DNA of 64,000 nucleotides, taken from NCBI RefSeq assembly GCF_000421105.1, contig NZ_ATWF01000001.1, positions 404,930 to 468,929 of the forward strand, written 5' to 3'. The position numbers and the translations under genes are program-made. This stretch comes from Limisalsivibrio acetivorans (GTDB lineage: Bacteria > Chrysiogenota > Deferribacteres > Deferribacterales > Geovibrionaceae). Shown piece after piece: positions 49,598 to 59,152 of this stretch; the stretch's first letter is position 1, and each line of letters starts with the position of its first letter. Below the pieces are notes generated by a model that worked only from the letters and a program-made list of their open reading frames with translations, was not told the origin of the DNA and made no database searches.

Positions 49598-51166
49598 ATG
49601 AAGGGTGGTCTTGAAGCAAAGGTTGGAGCGTTTGTTATACTCTGTTTCGCAGTTATAACGTTCATCTCCCTTAGAGCGGGTGATATACCGTTTTTAAACA
49701 ACGATAAGGGCTACATAATAACGGCCCATCTTAATAACGCTGCAGGGCTTACGACAGATTCCGCAGTTATGTTCCACGGCGTTGATGTGGGTAAGGTCAA
49801 GGATATTACCCTTGAGGCGGGAACACCTGTGGCAAAACTGCTTATCGATGATAAATATACTATTCCCGAGAATGTTATGGTTGTTGTGCGCTCCAAGGGC
49901 TTCCTTGGTGAGAAGTACGCCGAGCTTGCAGTTATCCCCGGCGAGGAGCCGCGAGGTGCCATAACAGCCCAGACAACACTGAAGCGTTCCGAATCTATAA
50001 CAGATTTCGATGAGCTAGGAAACAAGATGGGTGATATAGCGGACGATATCAAAGAGATTACATCAGCACTCAAAGAGGTGCTTGCCTCTGAAGCGGCGAA
50101 AACAAATATAACCAGAACACTCTCCAATGTACGAAACACTACGGATACAGTAAACACCCTTGTTCAAGACAACGAGATGCGTGTTAACCGCATCGTTCAG
50201 AATGTTGAGGAACTCACAGCCGCTCTGAACACCATGACACAGGCAAACCAGCAGAACGTAAACAGGATTATTGAGAATATACGTGTGGCCACGGAGGATA
50301 TCCGCAGGCAGACACCCATGATAACAAGCGACATAGCCTCTGCATCCAGCGATGTAAAGGACATTGTCGGAAGCAACAAAGAGGACATAGGCGAAACCGT
50401 GAGGAACCTCAAAACAGTCACCGCAAAGCTCGAAACCACTGTGGACAACATGAACGACATCACCGGAAAGGTGAAGAGCGGCGAGGGGACTGTGGGGCAG
50501 CTGATATACGACAACAAGACAGCAGATAACGTAAACAATACACTCACAAGCCTCCAAAGCAGTCTTAACAAGCTGGAACAGCTTCAGGTATATCTATCCT
50601 TCGAGGCGGAGAGGCTTATTGATGAAGAGGCCTCAAAGGGGCATATGCGAGTGCGCATAGTGCCTAACGAGAAGCGTTACTACCTGCTCGGTGTGGACTC
50701 CATGCCCGACGGAAGAACAGAAACAACCAGAACATACTATAAAGAGGACCACACAGGCGCCAGCACAGGTGGCGACATAGAATACTATGCCATCGAAGAG
50801 GAAACCAAGCCCGATTCCCTCAAGTTCACCGCCCAGTATGCCCACAGGTTCACCGATGACTTCTACTTCCGTGTGGGGCTTATGGAATCGGACTTCGGTG
50901 TCGGTGCAGACTACTACCCGCTTAAGAACAGAAACCTCGTTCTTAACCTTGATGCCTATGATTTTCCCGGCAAGAATGACGACTACGAAACACATGTTAC
51001 GGCGACAGCCCGCTACCGCTTCCACGAGAACTTCTTTGTGAAGGGGGGGTATGACGATATGCTCAATGAGGAGACACGAACTTTCTTCATCGGCGGAGGT
51101 GTCGAGTTTCGTGATGACGACCTGAAATACCTCATGGGCTCTGTGCCGGTACCCATGGGGAACTGA
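49598..51166 (+). CDS. mlaD: Long MlaD-like MCE-domain protein (TM anchor + MCE + about 250-aa helical region + C-terminal beta-rich domain)
   Basis: 522 aa; MCE domain at about 40-130; long coiled region with heptad-like repeats; C-terminal 170 aa with alternating aromatic/hydrophobic pattern. Confidence 0.75.
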   Translation: MKGGLEAKVGAFVILCFAVITFISLRAGDIPFLNNDKGYIITAHLNNAAGLTTDSAVMFHGVDVGKVKDITLEAGTPVAKLLIDDKYTIPENVMVVVRSKGFLGEKYAELAVIPGEEPRGAITAQTTLKRSESITDFDELGNKMGDIADDIKEITSALKEVLASEAAKTNITRTLSNVRNTTDTVNTLVQDNEMRVNRIVQNVEELTAALNTMTQANQQNVNRIIENIRVATEDIRRQTPMITSDIASASSDVKDIVGSNKEDIGETVRNLKTVTAKLETTVDNMNDITGKVKSGEGTVGQLIYDNKTADNVNNTLTSLQSSLNKLEQLQVYLSFEAERLIDEEASKGHMRVRIVPNEKRYYLLGVDSMPDGRTETTRTYYKEDHTGASTGGDIEYYAIEEETKPDSLKFTAQYAHRFTDDFYFRVGLMESDFGVGADYYPLKNRNLVLNLDAYDFPGKNDDYETHVTATARYRFHENFFVKGGYDDMLNEETRTFFIGGGVEFRDDDLKYLMGSVPVPMGN

Positions 51167-51167
51167 T

Positions 51168-51956
51168 ATGCGCTTCACCATCGGAATAAGCCCCTGTCCG
51201 AACGATACTTACATCTTCGGTCCACTTCTGGAAGGGCATCTTGATACGGATTTTAAATTCCACACTATTATGGACGATGTTGAGGTAATGAACCGTATGG
51301 CTCTCAAGCATGGGCTTGATATCATAAAGGTATCCTATGGTGTTGTGCCGGAGATACTTGATAACTATGCAGTTCTCAAGGCTGGCGGTGCACTCGGCTT
51401 CGGCTGCGGACCTCTGGTTGTATCTAAGAGGTTTGGGAGTATCAACCAGCTCAAGGGGAAAAGGATCGCCATCCCCGGGAGAAATACCAGCGCATTCCGC
51501 TTCTTTAAACACTTCTATGGTGAGGATTTTGAATTTGTTGAGCTTCGCTTCGATCTGATAATGACAGCGGTTCTTACCGGAAGCGTAGATGCTGGTGTTA
51601 TCATCCACGAGGGACGCTTTGTATATCAGAGTGCAGGGCTTTTAAACCTGGCGGATCTTGGTGCGATTTGGGAAAAGAGGTATGATATGCCCATCCCCCT
51701 CGGGGCAATCGTCATAAAACGGGAACTTGCTGAGTACGCAGGTACACTTAAATCCCTTATACAGGAATCGATTAGTTTCTCCGAGAAGAGGTATGGCGAA
51801 ATCGAGCCGTTTATTAAGGAACATGCCCAGGAGATGAGCGACGAGGTTATAAAGAAACACATAGATCTTTATGTGAACCGATTCAGTTACGATATGACCG
51901 AGGCTGTACCCGGCTTAACCGAGTTCCTCGACTGTACAGAGGAAGACTTCGTATAA
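51168..51956 (+). CDS. mqnD: MqnA/MqnD-family protein of the futalosine menaquinone pathway (probably 1,4-dihydroxy-6-naphthoate synthase)
   Basis: 262 aa; N-terminal ISPCPNDTYIFGPL motif characteristic of PF02621; start overlaps mlaD stop. Confidence 0.6.
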   Translation: MRFTIGISPCPNDTYIFGPLLEGHLDTDFKFHTIMDDVEVMNRMALKHGLDIIKVSYGVVPEILDNYAVLKAGGALGFGCGPLVVSKRFGSINQLKGKRIAIPGRNTSAFRFFKHFYGEDFEFVELRFDLIMTAVLTGSVDAGVIIHEGRFVYQSAGLLNLADLGAIWEKRYDMPIPLGAIVIKRELAEYAGTLKSLIQESISFSEKRYGEIEPFIKEHAQEMSDEVIKKHIDLYVNRFSYDMTEAVPGLTEFLDCTEEDFV

Positions 51957-52007
51957 CAATCATTTCCCTTGACCGCACAAGGGTTCAGATAGTAAAACTA
52001 TGTCACT

Positions 52008-54128
52008 ATGAGAAAGATAGAGCTGCTGCTTGGCATAAGTAACATAATACTCGATTCGGATGATGTTGAGGATACCCTCAAGCGTACTGTGGCACACCTG
52101 CGCCGTGGTCTGGACTCCGATGTATGCTCCATCTATCTCCTTAACAGGTTCAAGAAAAACTCCCTTGTCCTCACCGCCACTGAAGGCTTGAGTGAAACCG
52201 CCGTTGGCAACGTTATCATGGATACGGATAAAGGGCTCACCGGACTCACATTCACCGAGGATAGATACACTTTCATACGCAACGCCTCAGAGCATCCCAG
52301 ATACAACTACTTTCCGGGCATAAATGAGGAACCGTTTAAAACCTTTATAGGCATCCCTCTAAAGGGGAGGGCGCACAAACTCGGCGTGCTGGTTTTCCAG
52401 TTTCAGAAGAACAAACGCAACACCGATATAATGAAAACTCTCATAACAGCCGTTGCCGCACAGCTCTCCACGGTTATAATGCGTCATTACCTCTTCCGCT
52501 CCATCGATGAGATGGAGGAACACTACATTGGCGAAGTAAGGCTAAAGGGTATACCTCTTTCCGGAGGAATCGTTGTTGGAACACCGGTTATGGTAATCAA
52601 CCGTTTTCTAGAGGCCAATACTCAGAATATCGATATAGACAAAGAGGTTGAGGACCTACACCGTGCCTTTGAGGACACCAAGAGGGATCTGGAAAACTTG
52701 ATAGATGATATCGAAAGCTCCAGCCAGCCCATAGACCCGGGCATATTCCACACACACCTCATGATGCTCGAGGACAGCATGTTCCGCAATGATATAGAGA
52801 AGCATGTTGTGGAGCATAGAAAGAGTGCGGCCTTCAGCGTCCGCCATGTAGCGGATAAGCTTATAAAGAAGTTCATGTCCTTCCCCGACCTTTATCTCAG
52901 AGAGAGGGCAGGGGATATCGACGATATATCAAAGCGCCTTCTGGCACATCTGGGCGTTATGCGCAGGGAGGTTAGCCTCCAGGAGAACAGCATTCTCATG
53001 GCGGATATGCTCACCCCCGGCGAGACAGCATCCCTTGATCTCGGGAAGGTCACAGGCTTTGTCACCAGCAAGGACGGCTTCACATCCCATACAGCGATTC
53101 TGGCAAAAAGCCGCCATATCCCTGCCGTTAGTGGAATAAGCAAGATCTCCGACCTTATGGAGGTTGCAGAAAGCATCATCGTGGACGGGGACTCGGGTGA
53201 AATTATCATCAACCCTATGGAGGATACGCTCAAGGAATACGAAGACCTTATGGTGAAATCCGCCGAGTTCAAAAAGATAGAGGACTTCACCGAACCAGAG
53301 GTTTTTCTCAAAAATGGAGAAAGGGTCGAGTTCTATGCTAATATATCCTCTGTACTCGATGCAGAGAAAGCGGAAGCCCTCAAAGCGGACGGGATAGGGC
53401 TTGTCCGTACGGAGATATTCTATCTTCAGAGCCCTTCCAATTTCACAGCTGAAAAGCAGAAAGAGATATACAAGGAAATCCTCAGAACGTACGGCGGGCA
53501 GGAGGTTATCTTCCGTCTGCTTGATATCGGCTCCGACAAGAAAAGCGAGATGGAGATCCACGAGGATAACCCAGCCCTAGGCCATCGGGGTGTAAGGCTC
53601 CTGCTCGACGACAGAGAACAGCTAAGGACCCAGATAAAGGTGCTTCTGGAGCTGTACAACGAGTATCCCAACATCAAGATAATGGTTCCTTTTGTTTCCA
53701 GCGTTGTAGAGTTTCGCCTTGTCCGCAACACCGCAGAGGATATTGCAAAAGAGCTTGGTATAGATGTTCCCCCCATGGGCGTTATGGTAGAGATACCATC
53801 AATAATCTATTACATAGAGGCTATCAGCGAATACTGCGATTTCTTCTCAGTAGGTTCCAACGACCTTTTCCAGTACTTCTTCGCCGCCGACAGAACAAAC
53901 CCGAAGGTGAGTTCTTTGTATCACCCCAACAACGAAGCTTTCCTCGGCCTTCTGCAAACCGTTCTTGAGAAGGTTCGCAGCTCGGGCAAACAGCTCGAAA
54001 TCTGCGGTGAGATAGCTGCTGATGAAAAGATCCTCACCAAACTTCTCAGGATGGGATACCGTAGGTTTAGTGTTAACCCTTATGTAATCAACGATTTACG
54101 CACATTCGTTAAACAGCTTGATATATAA
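52008..54128 (+). CDS. ptsP: GAF-domain phosphoenolpyruvate-protein phosphotransferase (EI-Ntr)
   Basis: 706 aa; N-terminal GAF; PEP-utilising His domain (GGFTSHTAILA) and C-terminal TIM barrel. Confidence 0.85.
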   Translation: MRKIELLLGISNIILDSDDVEDTLKRTVAHLRRGLDSDVCSIYLLNRFKKNSLVLTATEGLSETAVGNVIMDTDKGLTGLTFTEDRYTFIRNASEHPRYNYFPGINEEPFKTFIGIPLKGRAHKLGVLVFQFQKNKRNTDIMKTLITAVAAQLSTVIMRHYLFRSIDEMEEHYIGEVRLKGIPLSGGIVVGTPVMVINRFLEANTQNIDIDKEVEDLHRAFEDTKRDLENLIDDIESSSQPIDPGIFHTHLMMLEDSMFRNDIEKHVVEHRKSAAFSVRHVADKLIKKFMSFPDLYLRERAGDIDDISKRLLAHLGVMRREVSLQENSILMADMLTPGETASLDLGKVTGFVTSKDGFTSHTAILAKSRHIPAVSGISKISDLMEVAESIIVDGDSGEIIINPMEDTLKEYEDLMVKSAEFKKIEDFTEPEVFLKNGERVEFYANISSVLDAEKAEALKADGIGLVRTEIFYLQSPSNFTAEKQKEIYKEILRTYGGQEVIFRLLDIGSDKKSEMEIHEDNPALGHRGVRLLLDDREQLRTQIKVLLELYNEYPNIKIMVPFVSSVVEFRLVRNTAEDIAKELGIDVPPMGVMVEIPSIIYYIEAISEYCDFFSVGSNDLFQYFFAADRTNPKVSSLYHPNNEAFLGLLQTVLEKVRSSGKQLEICGEIAADEKILTKLLRMGYRRFSVNPYVINDLRTFVKQLDI

Positions 54129-54718
54129 TGAATGCTATATTATTGATAATAAGCCTAATTGCTTATTCTGTCATACATTCCGTTTTAGCCGATCCAGATA
54201 TAATGAAAAGGGTGTACAATCGCTGGTGGTACAGGGCATTCTATGTTTTTCAGTCGATTGTACTTCTTGTGTTCCCCCTTTGGTTCTATATGTCGATGGA
54301 GGGTTTTGATCTCTTTAATCCGCCGATCCAGATAAAGGCTGTCCTTCTCCTCGTTTGGTGCGGAGCCCTTGTTTTTGGTATCTACGCTGCCAAAAGCTAT
54401 GACAATATGAACTTCCTCGGCATAGAGCAGGCAGTTAAGGGGATTAAAGGTGAGTATAAGCCAAGAACAGAGCCCTTTACAACAAGGGGTGCGCTCAGGT
54501 ATGTCCGTCATCCTTACTATTTCTGCGGGCTTGTATTATTATGGTCAAGGCCTCTGGAGTTTCGTGATCTCCTTGTAAACGTTGTTTTTTCAGCTTATTT
54601 TATAACAGGAGCATACAATGAAGAGAGGAAGCTGAGAAAGGTCTACGGAAAACGTTACGAAGAATATGCCGAAAGAGTTCCCATGCTTCTGCCTAACCCT
54701 TTTAAAGGGCGAAACTGA
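54128..54718 (+). CDS. Membrane methyltransferase family protein (ICMT/PEMT/NnrU-like)
   Basis: 196 aa; 4-5 TM helices; C-terminal RHPYYFCGL...EERKL motif. Confidence 0.6.
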   Translation: MNAILLIISLIAYSVIHSVLADPDIMKRVYNRWWYRAFYVFQSIVLLVFPLWFYMSMEGFDLFNPPIQIKAVLLLVWCGALVFGIYAAKSYDNMNFLGIEQAVKGIKGEYKPRTEPFTTRGALRYVRHPYYFCGLVLLWSRPLEFRDLLVNVVFSAYFITGAYNEERKLRKVYGKRYEEYAERVPMLLPNPFKGRN

Positions 54719-54733
54719 GGAGAAGATAAGTTT

Positions 54734-55438
54734 ATGAAAACCGTTGTGGTTGCATCTTCAAGCGACATTGGAAAAAAGATGCCTCTCTTTGAGCAGGCGG
54801 TGGATATCCTTGGTAAACGTCTGAAGAACCTCGATATCGGCTTTGTAGACTCGGACAAAACCACCGATAACATCCTCTCATTATCCAGCGATCTGGTTGT
54901 TGTTGCCGGTAGTGACACCTTACTTAATGAGGTTCTCAATAAGCTGGAAAACACCGAAGCCGTTATAGCGTGTCTCCCCTTTGGCAAGGAAAGCAGGTTC
55001 TGCCGTGAAAACAAGATGCCCGAAGACCCGCTTGATGCCGTCGAAAGGCTCGCCCTTAACGATTTCCGCACAATACATCTCGGCTATATAGGAGACAGAT
55101 ATTTTGTGGATGAGGCAGTCATATCCTCCGGCGTGAAAGAGCAGACCATGGAGGCTTGGGTAGGTGGTGAGCGCAAGCTTGCTGAGAGGCTTCTTATAAA
55201 CCTGCGTCCTTCTCATAGGGACTTTTCCGTGCTGGTAAAGACATATGGAGAGAACACCTCTGGTATAGGGAAGCTCCTTACGGGAATCGGCGGAAAGAAC
55301 ACCGATGAGTATCGGCACGCCACTCTTATGAAGATCCTGAACGGTAGACGTGCAGTCCTGGACGGTAACCTTGTGGAGATGGAGCAGGGGAGTTGTTTTG
55401 TGAGGTATGTAAAGTCACCTTTTCTATTTACGATGTAG
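54734..55438 (+). CDS. DAGK_cat/YegS-like lipid kinase homolog with degenerate nucleotide motif
   Basis: 234 aa; VVVAGSDTLLNEV where active kinases have GGDGT. Confidence 0.5.
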   Translation: MKTVVVASSSDIGKKMPLFEQAVDILGKRLKNLDIGFVDSDKTTDNILSLSSDLVVVAGSDTLLNEVLNKLENTEAVIACLPFGKESRFCRENKMPEDPLDAVERLALNDFRTIHLGYIGDRYFVDEAVISSGVKEQTMEAWVGGERKLAERLLINLRPSHRDFSVLVKTYGENTSGIGKLLTGIGGKNTDEYRHATLMKILNGRRAVLDGNLVEMEQGSCFVRYVKSPFLFTM

Positions 55439-55440
55439 AT

Positions 55441-55678
55441 AGGTTTTTTGAGGGGTGCGGCAAAGCCTTCGTTCCGCTTACTTCCGGCTAAGCCTTCAGG
55501 GCTTCCGTCCTTGGAAGCCTGTTTCGTATCAACCTCAAATGTATGATTAGCGAAAGCTTTCATGGATGAAAGCTCGCTTGCGTAAGTGAGAAGGAAGCTT
55601 CTTTCTTCGAATGGCAGAATAATCTCCATGGACGGAAAATTATTCAAACAGATTAAGATGGGTTTTTAAGGGCCTGAA
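55441..55678. repeat. Repeat locus R5 (left flank of the IS30 element)
   Basis: Contains the 80-bp module ccttcagggcttccgtccttggaagcc...gctttcatggatgaaag (55493-55572) and the module inverted at 58760-58860. Confidence 0.8.
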
Positions 55679-56739
55679 TTCAACTAGCAAGTGCAACGGG
55701 GTCTATAGAGAATAGTATCTGGTTAGGAGTTTTATATCCAGTTGCTTTTCTTGGTCTGTTGTTTAGTTTCTGCATAATATTCTGAATCTCTATATCATCA
55801 ACACTTTCAAGCATCCTACTCTTTGGTACATACTGCCTAATGAGTCCGTTTGTATTTTCGTTTATTCCGCGTTCCCACGAAGCATATGGATGAGCAAAGT
55901 AGAATTCAGCCCCTAGTATCTCAGATATTTCGGCATGTCCTGCAAACTCTTTCCCGTTATCGGAAGTGATTGTATGGACTAGGTGTGATATCGGTTTCAA
56001 CATTTCTATAACCGCTTTTGTCACCAGTACAGCAGTCTTTCTTTCTACCTTGCGTATAAGTGTCAGATAAGACTTCCGCTCAATAAGAGAAACAATCGCC
56101 TGCTTGTTCCCTTTTCCTATAACTGTATCCACTTCCCAGTCTCCGAATCTCGCTTTCTCTTCTACAATACTTGGACGCTGCTCAATGCTTAACTTGCCAT
56201 GTATCTCTCCTCTGCGTTCATAAACACCATATCGCTTCCTGCGTTTTCTTCGGCAACGCAGGTGAGTATAAAGTGTTCCACCATGACTTTTATCTTCAAG
56301 AATGTGCTGGTAGATACGCTCATGACTTACGTTTATTCCATAATTTTGATTTAGCCAATTGCTCACCTGCTCAGGGCTCCAGTCTTCAAGCAGAAGACGT
56401 TCAACAAAATACCATTCAGTTTGTGCAATCCGTCTTGGGACCTTGTCCATTCTTCGTTCAATAGCTTTGCGATGAGCTTGCTTTGGGCGATAACCACGAC
56501 CTCCTGTGTTTCTGCGTAACTCTCGGCTGATGGTAGATTTATGTACTTTAAGCAAATCAGCTATGTCCGTCTGAGAATGTCCGGTTTTCCTCAGCACATA
56601 AATCTGGTACCTTTGTTCACGGGTCAGGTGTGTATAGTTCTTCATTCGGTGCTCCTTTGACGTGGTGGTTAAAGAGCTACGATGCTAACGCACCTGACCT
56701 CTTTTGACCACTACTTAAAAGTTGCACTTAATTATTGAA
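55679..56739 (-). mobile_element. IS30-family insertion sequence, complete (about 1.06 kb) with imperfect 19-bp terminal inverted repeats
   Basis: IR-L TTCAACTAGCAAGTGCAAC (55679-55697); IR-R GTTGCACTTAATTATTGAA (56721-56739), 15/19 match; single transposase ORF inside. Confidence 0.8.
55680..56645 (-). CDS. IS30 family transposase
   Basis: 321 aa; N-terminal HTH (LTREQRYQIYVL...GHSQTDIADLL), DDE core (D...D...E) with characteristic IS30 spacing. Confidence 0.9.
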   Translation of the reverse strand: MKNYTHLTREQRYQIYVLRKTGHSQTDIADLLKVHKSTISRELRRNTGGRGYRPKQAHRKAIERRMDKVPRRIAQTEWYFVERLLLEDWSPEQVSNWLNQNYGINVSHERIYQHILEDKSHGGTLYTHLRCRRKRRKRYGVYERRGEIHGKLSIEQRPSIVEEKARFGDWEVDTVIGKGNKQAIVSLIERKSYLTLIRKVERKTAVLVTKAVIEMLKPISHLVHTITSDNGKEFAGHAEISEILGAEFYFAHPYASWERGINENTNGLIRQYVPKSRMLESVDDIEIQNIMQKLNNRPRKATGYKTPNQILFSIDPVALAS

Positions 56740-56744
56740 TCCAG

Positions 56745-57360
56745 GGGGGATTCTAAGGGGAAAGTTTTCCCTAAAATTTTCCCCTTAGTCTTATTCTTTA
56801 CATAATCACATTCGAAATAAGTCACTAATTTATTAGTCTTGCGCTTTCGCGCCACATACTTTTGTCGCAAAAGTATGCAAAACCTTTCCCTCAAGGTTTT
56901 CCAGCCCCCATTGTTACTCATTTATATTCATAAATTCGTAAGAGATGGCGCTTCCCTCATTTCACTCTTTTTCCACCTGAAGTTTTGCTGATGCTGAGGA
57001 ATGTAACCGCATATCATACATGAATGTATTCAATAATTAGGATTACCTCGTCTGTCAGGTACGGCCAAAACTTCCGGGCGGTTCCAAAAGAGCTCATTCG
57101 GCTGTAAAACATTCGGGGAAGAATAAGAGCTTGTCTGATTTAATCTATGGATTTTACCATCCTGAATAATCTGGGAAATTCATCATCCTGAGAATTTCCC
57201 TGCCGCTACGCTTGGCAAAGCCTTCGCTTCGCTTTCTTCCGTTACAGAATATGAAGCACAGCTCCATATTCTTCACTTCAGGGCTTCCGTCCTTGGAAGC
57301 CTGTTTCGTATCAACCTCAAATGTATGATTAGCAGAAGCTTTCATGGATGAAAGATTGCT
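56745..57360. repeat. Repeat locus R6 (right flank of IS30) including a 79-bp near-identical direct copy of the R5 module
   Basis: 57276-57354 versus 55493-55572, about 97% identity; also contains the module inverted at 58589-58670 and a copy of the R1 unit core. Confidence 0.8.
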
Positions 57361-57679
57361 CTTAGTATTATCACTCCCGATATTGGTCTACGTATTATTT
57401 CTGTAAATTGCCTGGGATATCAAATGAAGCCTTGTCTGAAATCTCTATTTACACAAGAGCAGATTGACTAAATAATAGGTTGCTTGCTCAGTACAGCGCT
57501 GCTTAACCATAGCATCTAGTCGTGGTTAAGCTTGACTATACACACGTTTGTTTTAATATTATTGACAGAAAGCCCTCTCAAGGGATTTGTACAGATATAG
57601 TTACTGCACATAAACACCTTAGTGCGTTTTCTATCTCTTCTCTCAGGGCAAAATATGGAGCCGTTTTAAGGAGCGTTAT

Positions 57680-58285
57680 TTGGATTCATTCGGATTTGTA
57701 ACACTGGCAGGTGCAATGGCGGTTTTGGCGGCAAGCCCGGGGCCTGGTGTCTTGGCCACGGTTTCTAAGTCTCTGTCAACAGGGCTCAGATCTTCAGTAC
57801 CGCTTATCCTGGGTATTATTCTGGGGGATCTCATTTTCCTGATCTTTTCTCTTTACGGACTAGCTGCCGTGGCAGAGGCGTACAGCGAGTTTTTCATTTT
57901 TATAAAGTACGCAGGTGGCGGCTACCTTATATATCTTGGTTTCAATCTTTTCTTCAGGAAGCCGGAAGGGGAGAACGAGATGCCAAATAAGAGATACTCC
58001 GGATTTTTTAGCGGTCTGGCAGTCACGCTTTCCAACCCGAAAGTGGTGTTATTCTACTGCGGATTCCTTCCTGCTTTTATCGATATCAGAAACATCCATA
58101 TATCAGATGTTTTTGTTATAGCTTTAGTGGTAAGCCTTGTGCTTGGTTCAGTTTTGCTGATTTACTCTATTGTTGCTGATCGAGCGTCGGTGTTTGTCAA
58201 GGATAAAGGAGCCGGACGTATCATAAACAGGATATCCGGCGCCGTTATGGGGTTTGCCGGTGGAGTGCTTATCCTGAAAGATTAA
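57680..58285 (+). CDS. LysE/RhtB family amino-acid exporter
   Basis: 201 aa; 6 TM helices; PGP...YLG signature regions of the LysE family. Confidence 0.85.
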   Translation: MDSFGFVTLAGAMAVLAASPGPGVLATVSKSLSTGLRSSVPLILGIILGDLIFLIFSLYGLAAVAEAYSEFFIFIKYAGGGYLIYLGFNLFFRKPEGENEMPNKRYSGFFSGLAVTLSNPKVVLFYCGFLPAFIDIRNIHISDVFVIALVVSLVLGSVLLIYSIVADRASVFVKDKGAGRIINRISGAVMGFAGGVLILKD

Positions 58286-58559
58286 TCAGGAAAGGGAATC
58301 CAGCAAAACATGGATTCTGAACTTTGCTACGACCAGTATGGTTCAGCACCCCCAAAGATTTGAGATCACTTTTTACAATACCTAAAACGCAGAGGCATCT
58401 TGAACTGGCGTTCTCATATTATATCGGGATCGACTAAAACGGACACCCATAGAAATTCATCGCTCCTTTCACACCCTCCTGTATATAACATAATATACCT
58501 TATCGGACGTAATATATTATTGAACTGAGCTCTCCCCTGTCTGATGATATCTATGGCAT

Positions 58560-59100
58560 TCCTCAGATTAATCAATCTGAATAATTTCCCGAGCAAGGAA
58601 ATTGCTTTGCATACTTTTGCGACAAAAGCATGTGGCGCATAAGCGCAAGACAAACAAGTTAGTGACTAATTTCTAATTAGAGTATGAAAGGAAAAGATCG
58701 CAGGGAACTTTTTAGGGAACAAAGTTCCCCGCACCCCTCAAAAACTCCTTTATCTATCTGAATAATTTACCGTCCATGGAAATTATTCTGCCGTTCGAAG
58801 AAAGAGGCTTCCTTCTCACTTACGCAAGCAATCTTTCATCCATGAAAGCTTATGCTAATCATACGTTTGAGGTTGATACGTAAAAGGCTTCCAAGGATGG
58901 AAGCCCTGAAGGCGAAAGGCAGACTACCAAAGCTGTTCTTACTTTCACCTCCAGAGCCAACATCCATGTTGGCTTATTATATATCAAACTTCATCGTTAG
59001 GATGGAATCAAGTTGGTTATTATGAATGTAAAAATACCCGGAGAACTTTATAGGTAACAAAGTTCCCCGCACCCCTGAATTTCCCAAATTATATAGATCT
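58560..59100. repeat. Repeat locus R7, with inverted copies of R5/R6 modules
   Basis: 58589-58670 is the reverse complement of 56819-56905; 58760-58925 is the reverse complement of 55486-55640. Confidence 0.8.
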
Positions 59101-59152
59101 AACCGCTAAACCTGATATAATCGTAATGATGATTGTATTCGGGGGCTATCAC

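Noticed and set aside
55441-57360. Treating the 79-bp direct repeats as IS30 target-site duplications
   Set aside because: IS30-family elements make 2-3 bp duplications. The 79-bp copies are members of the resident repeat family and more likely reflect recombination or duplication of repeat modules around the IS.
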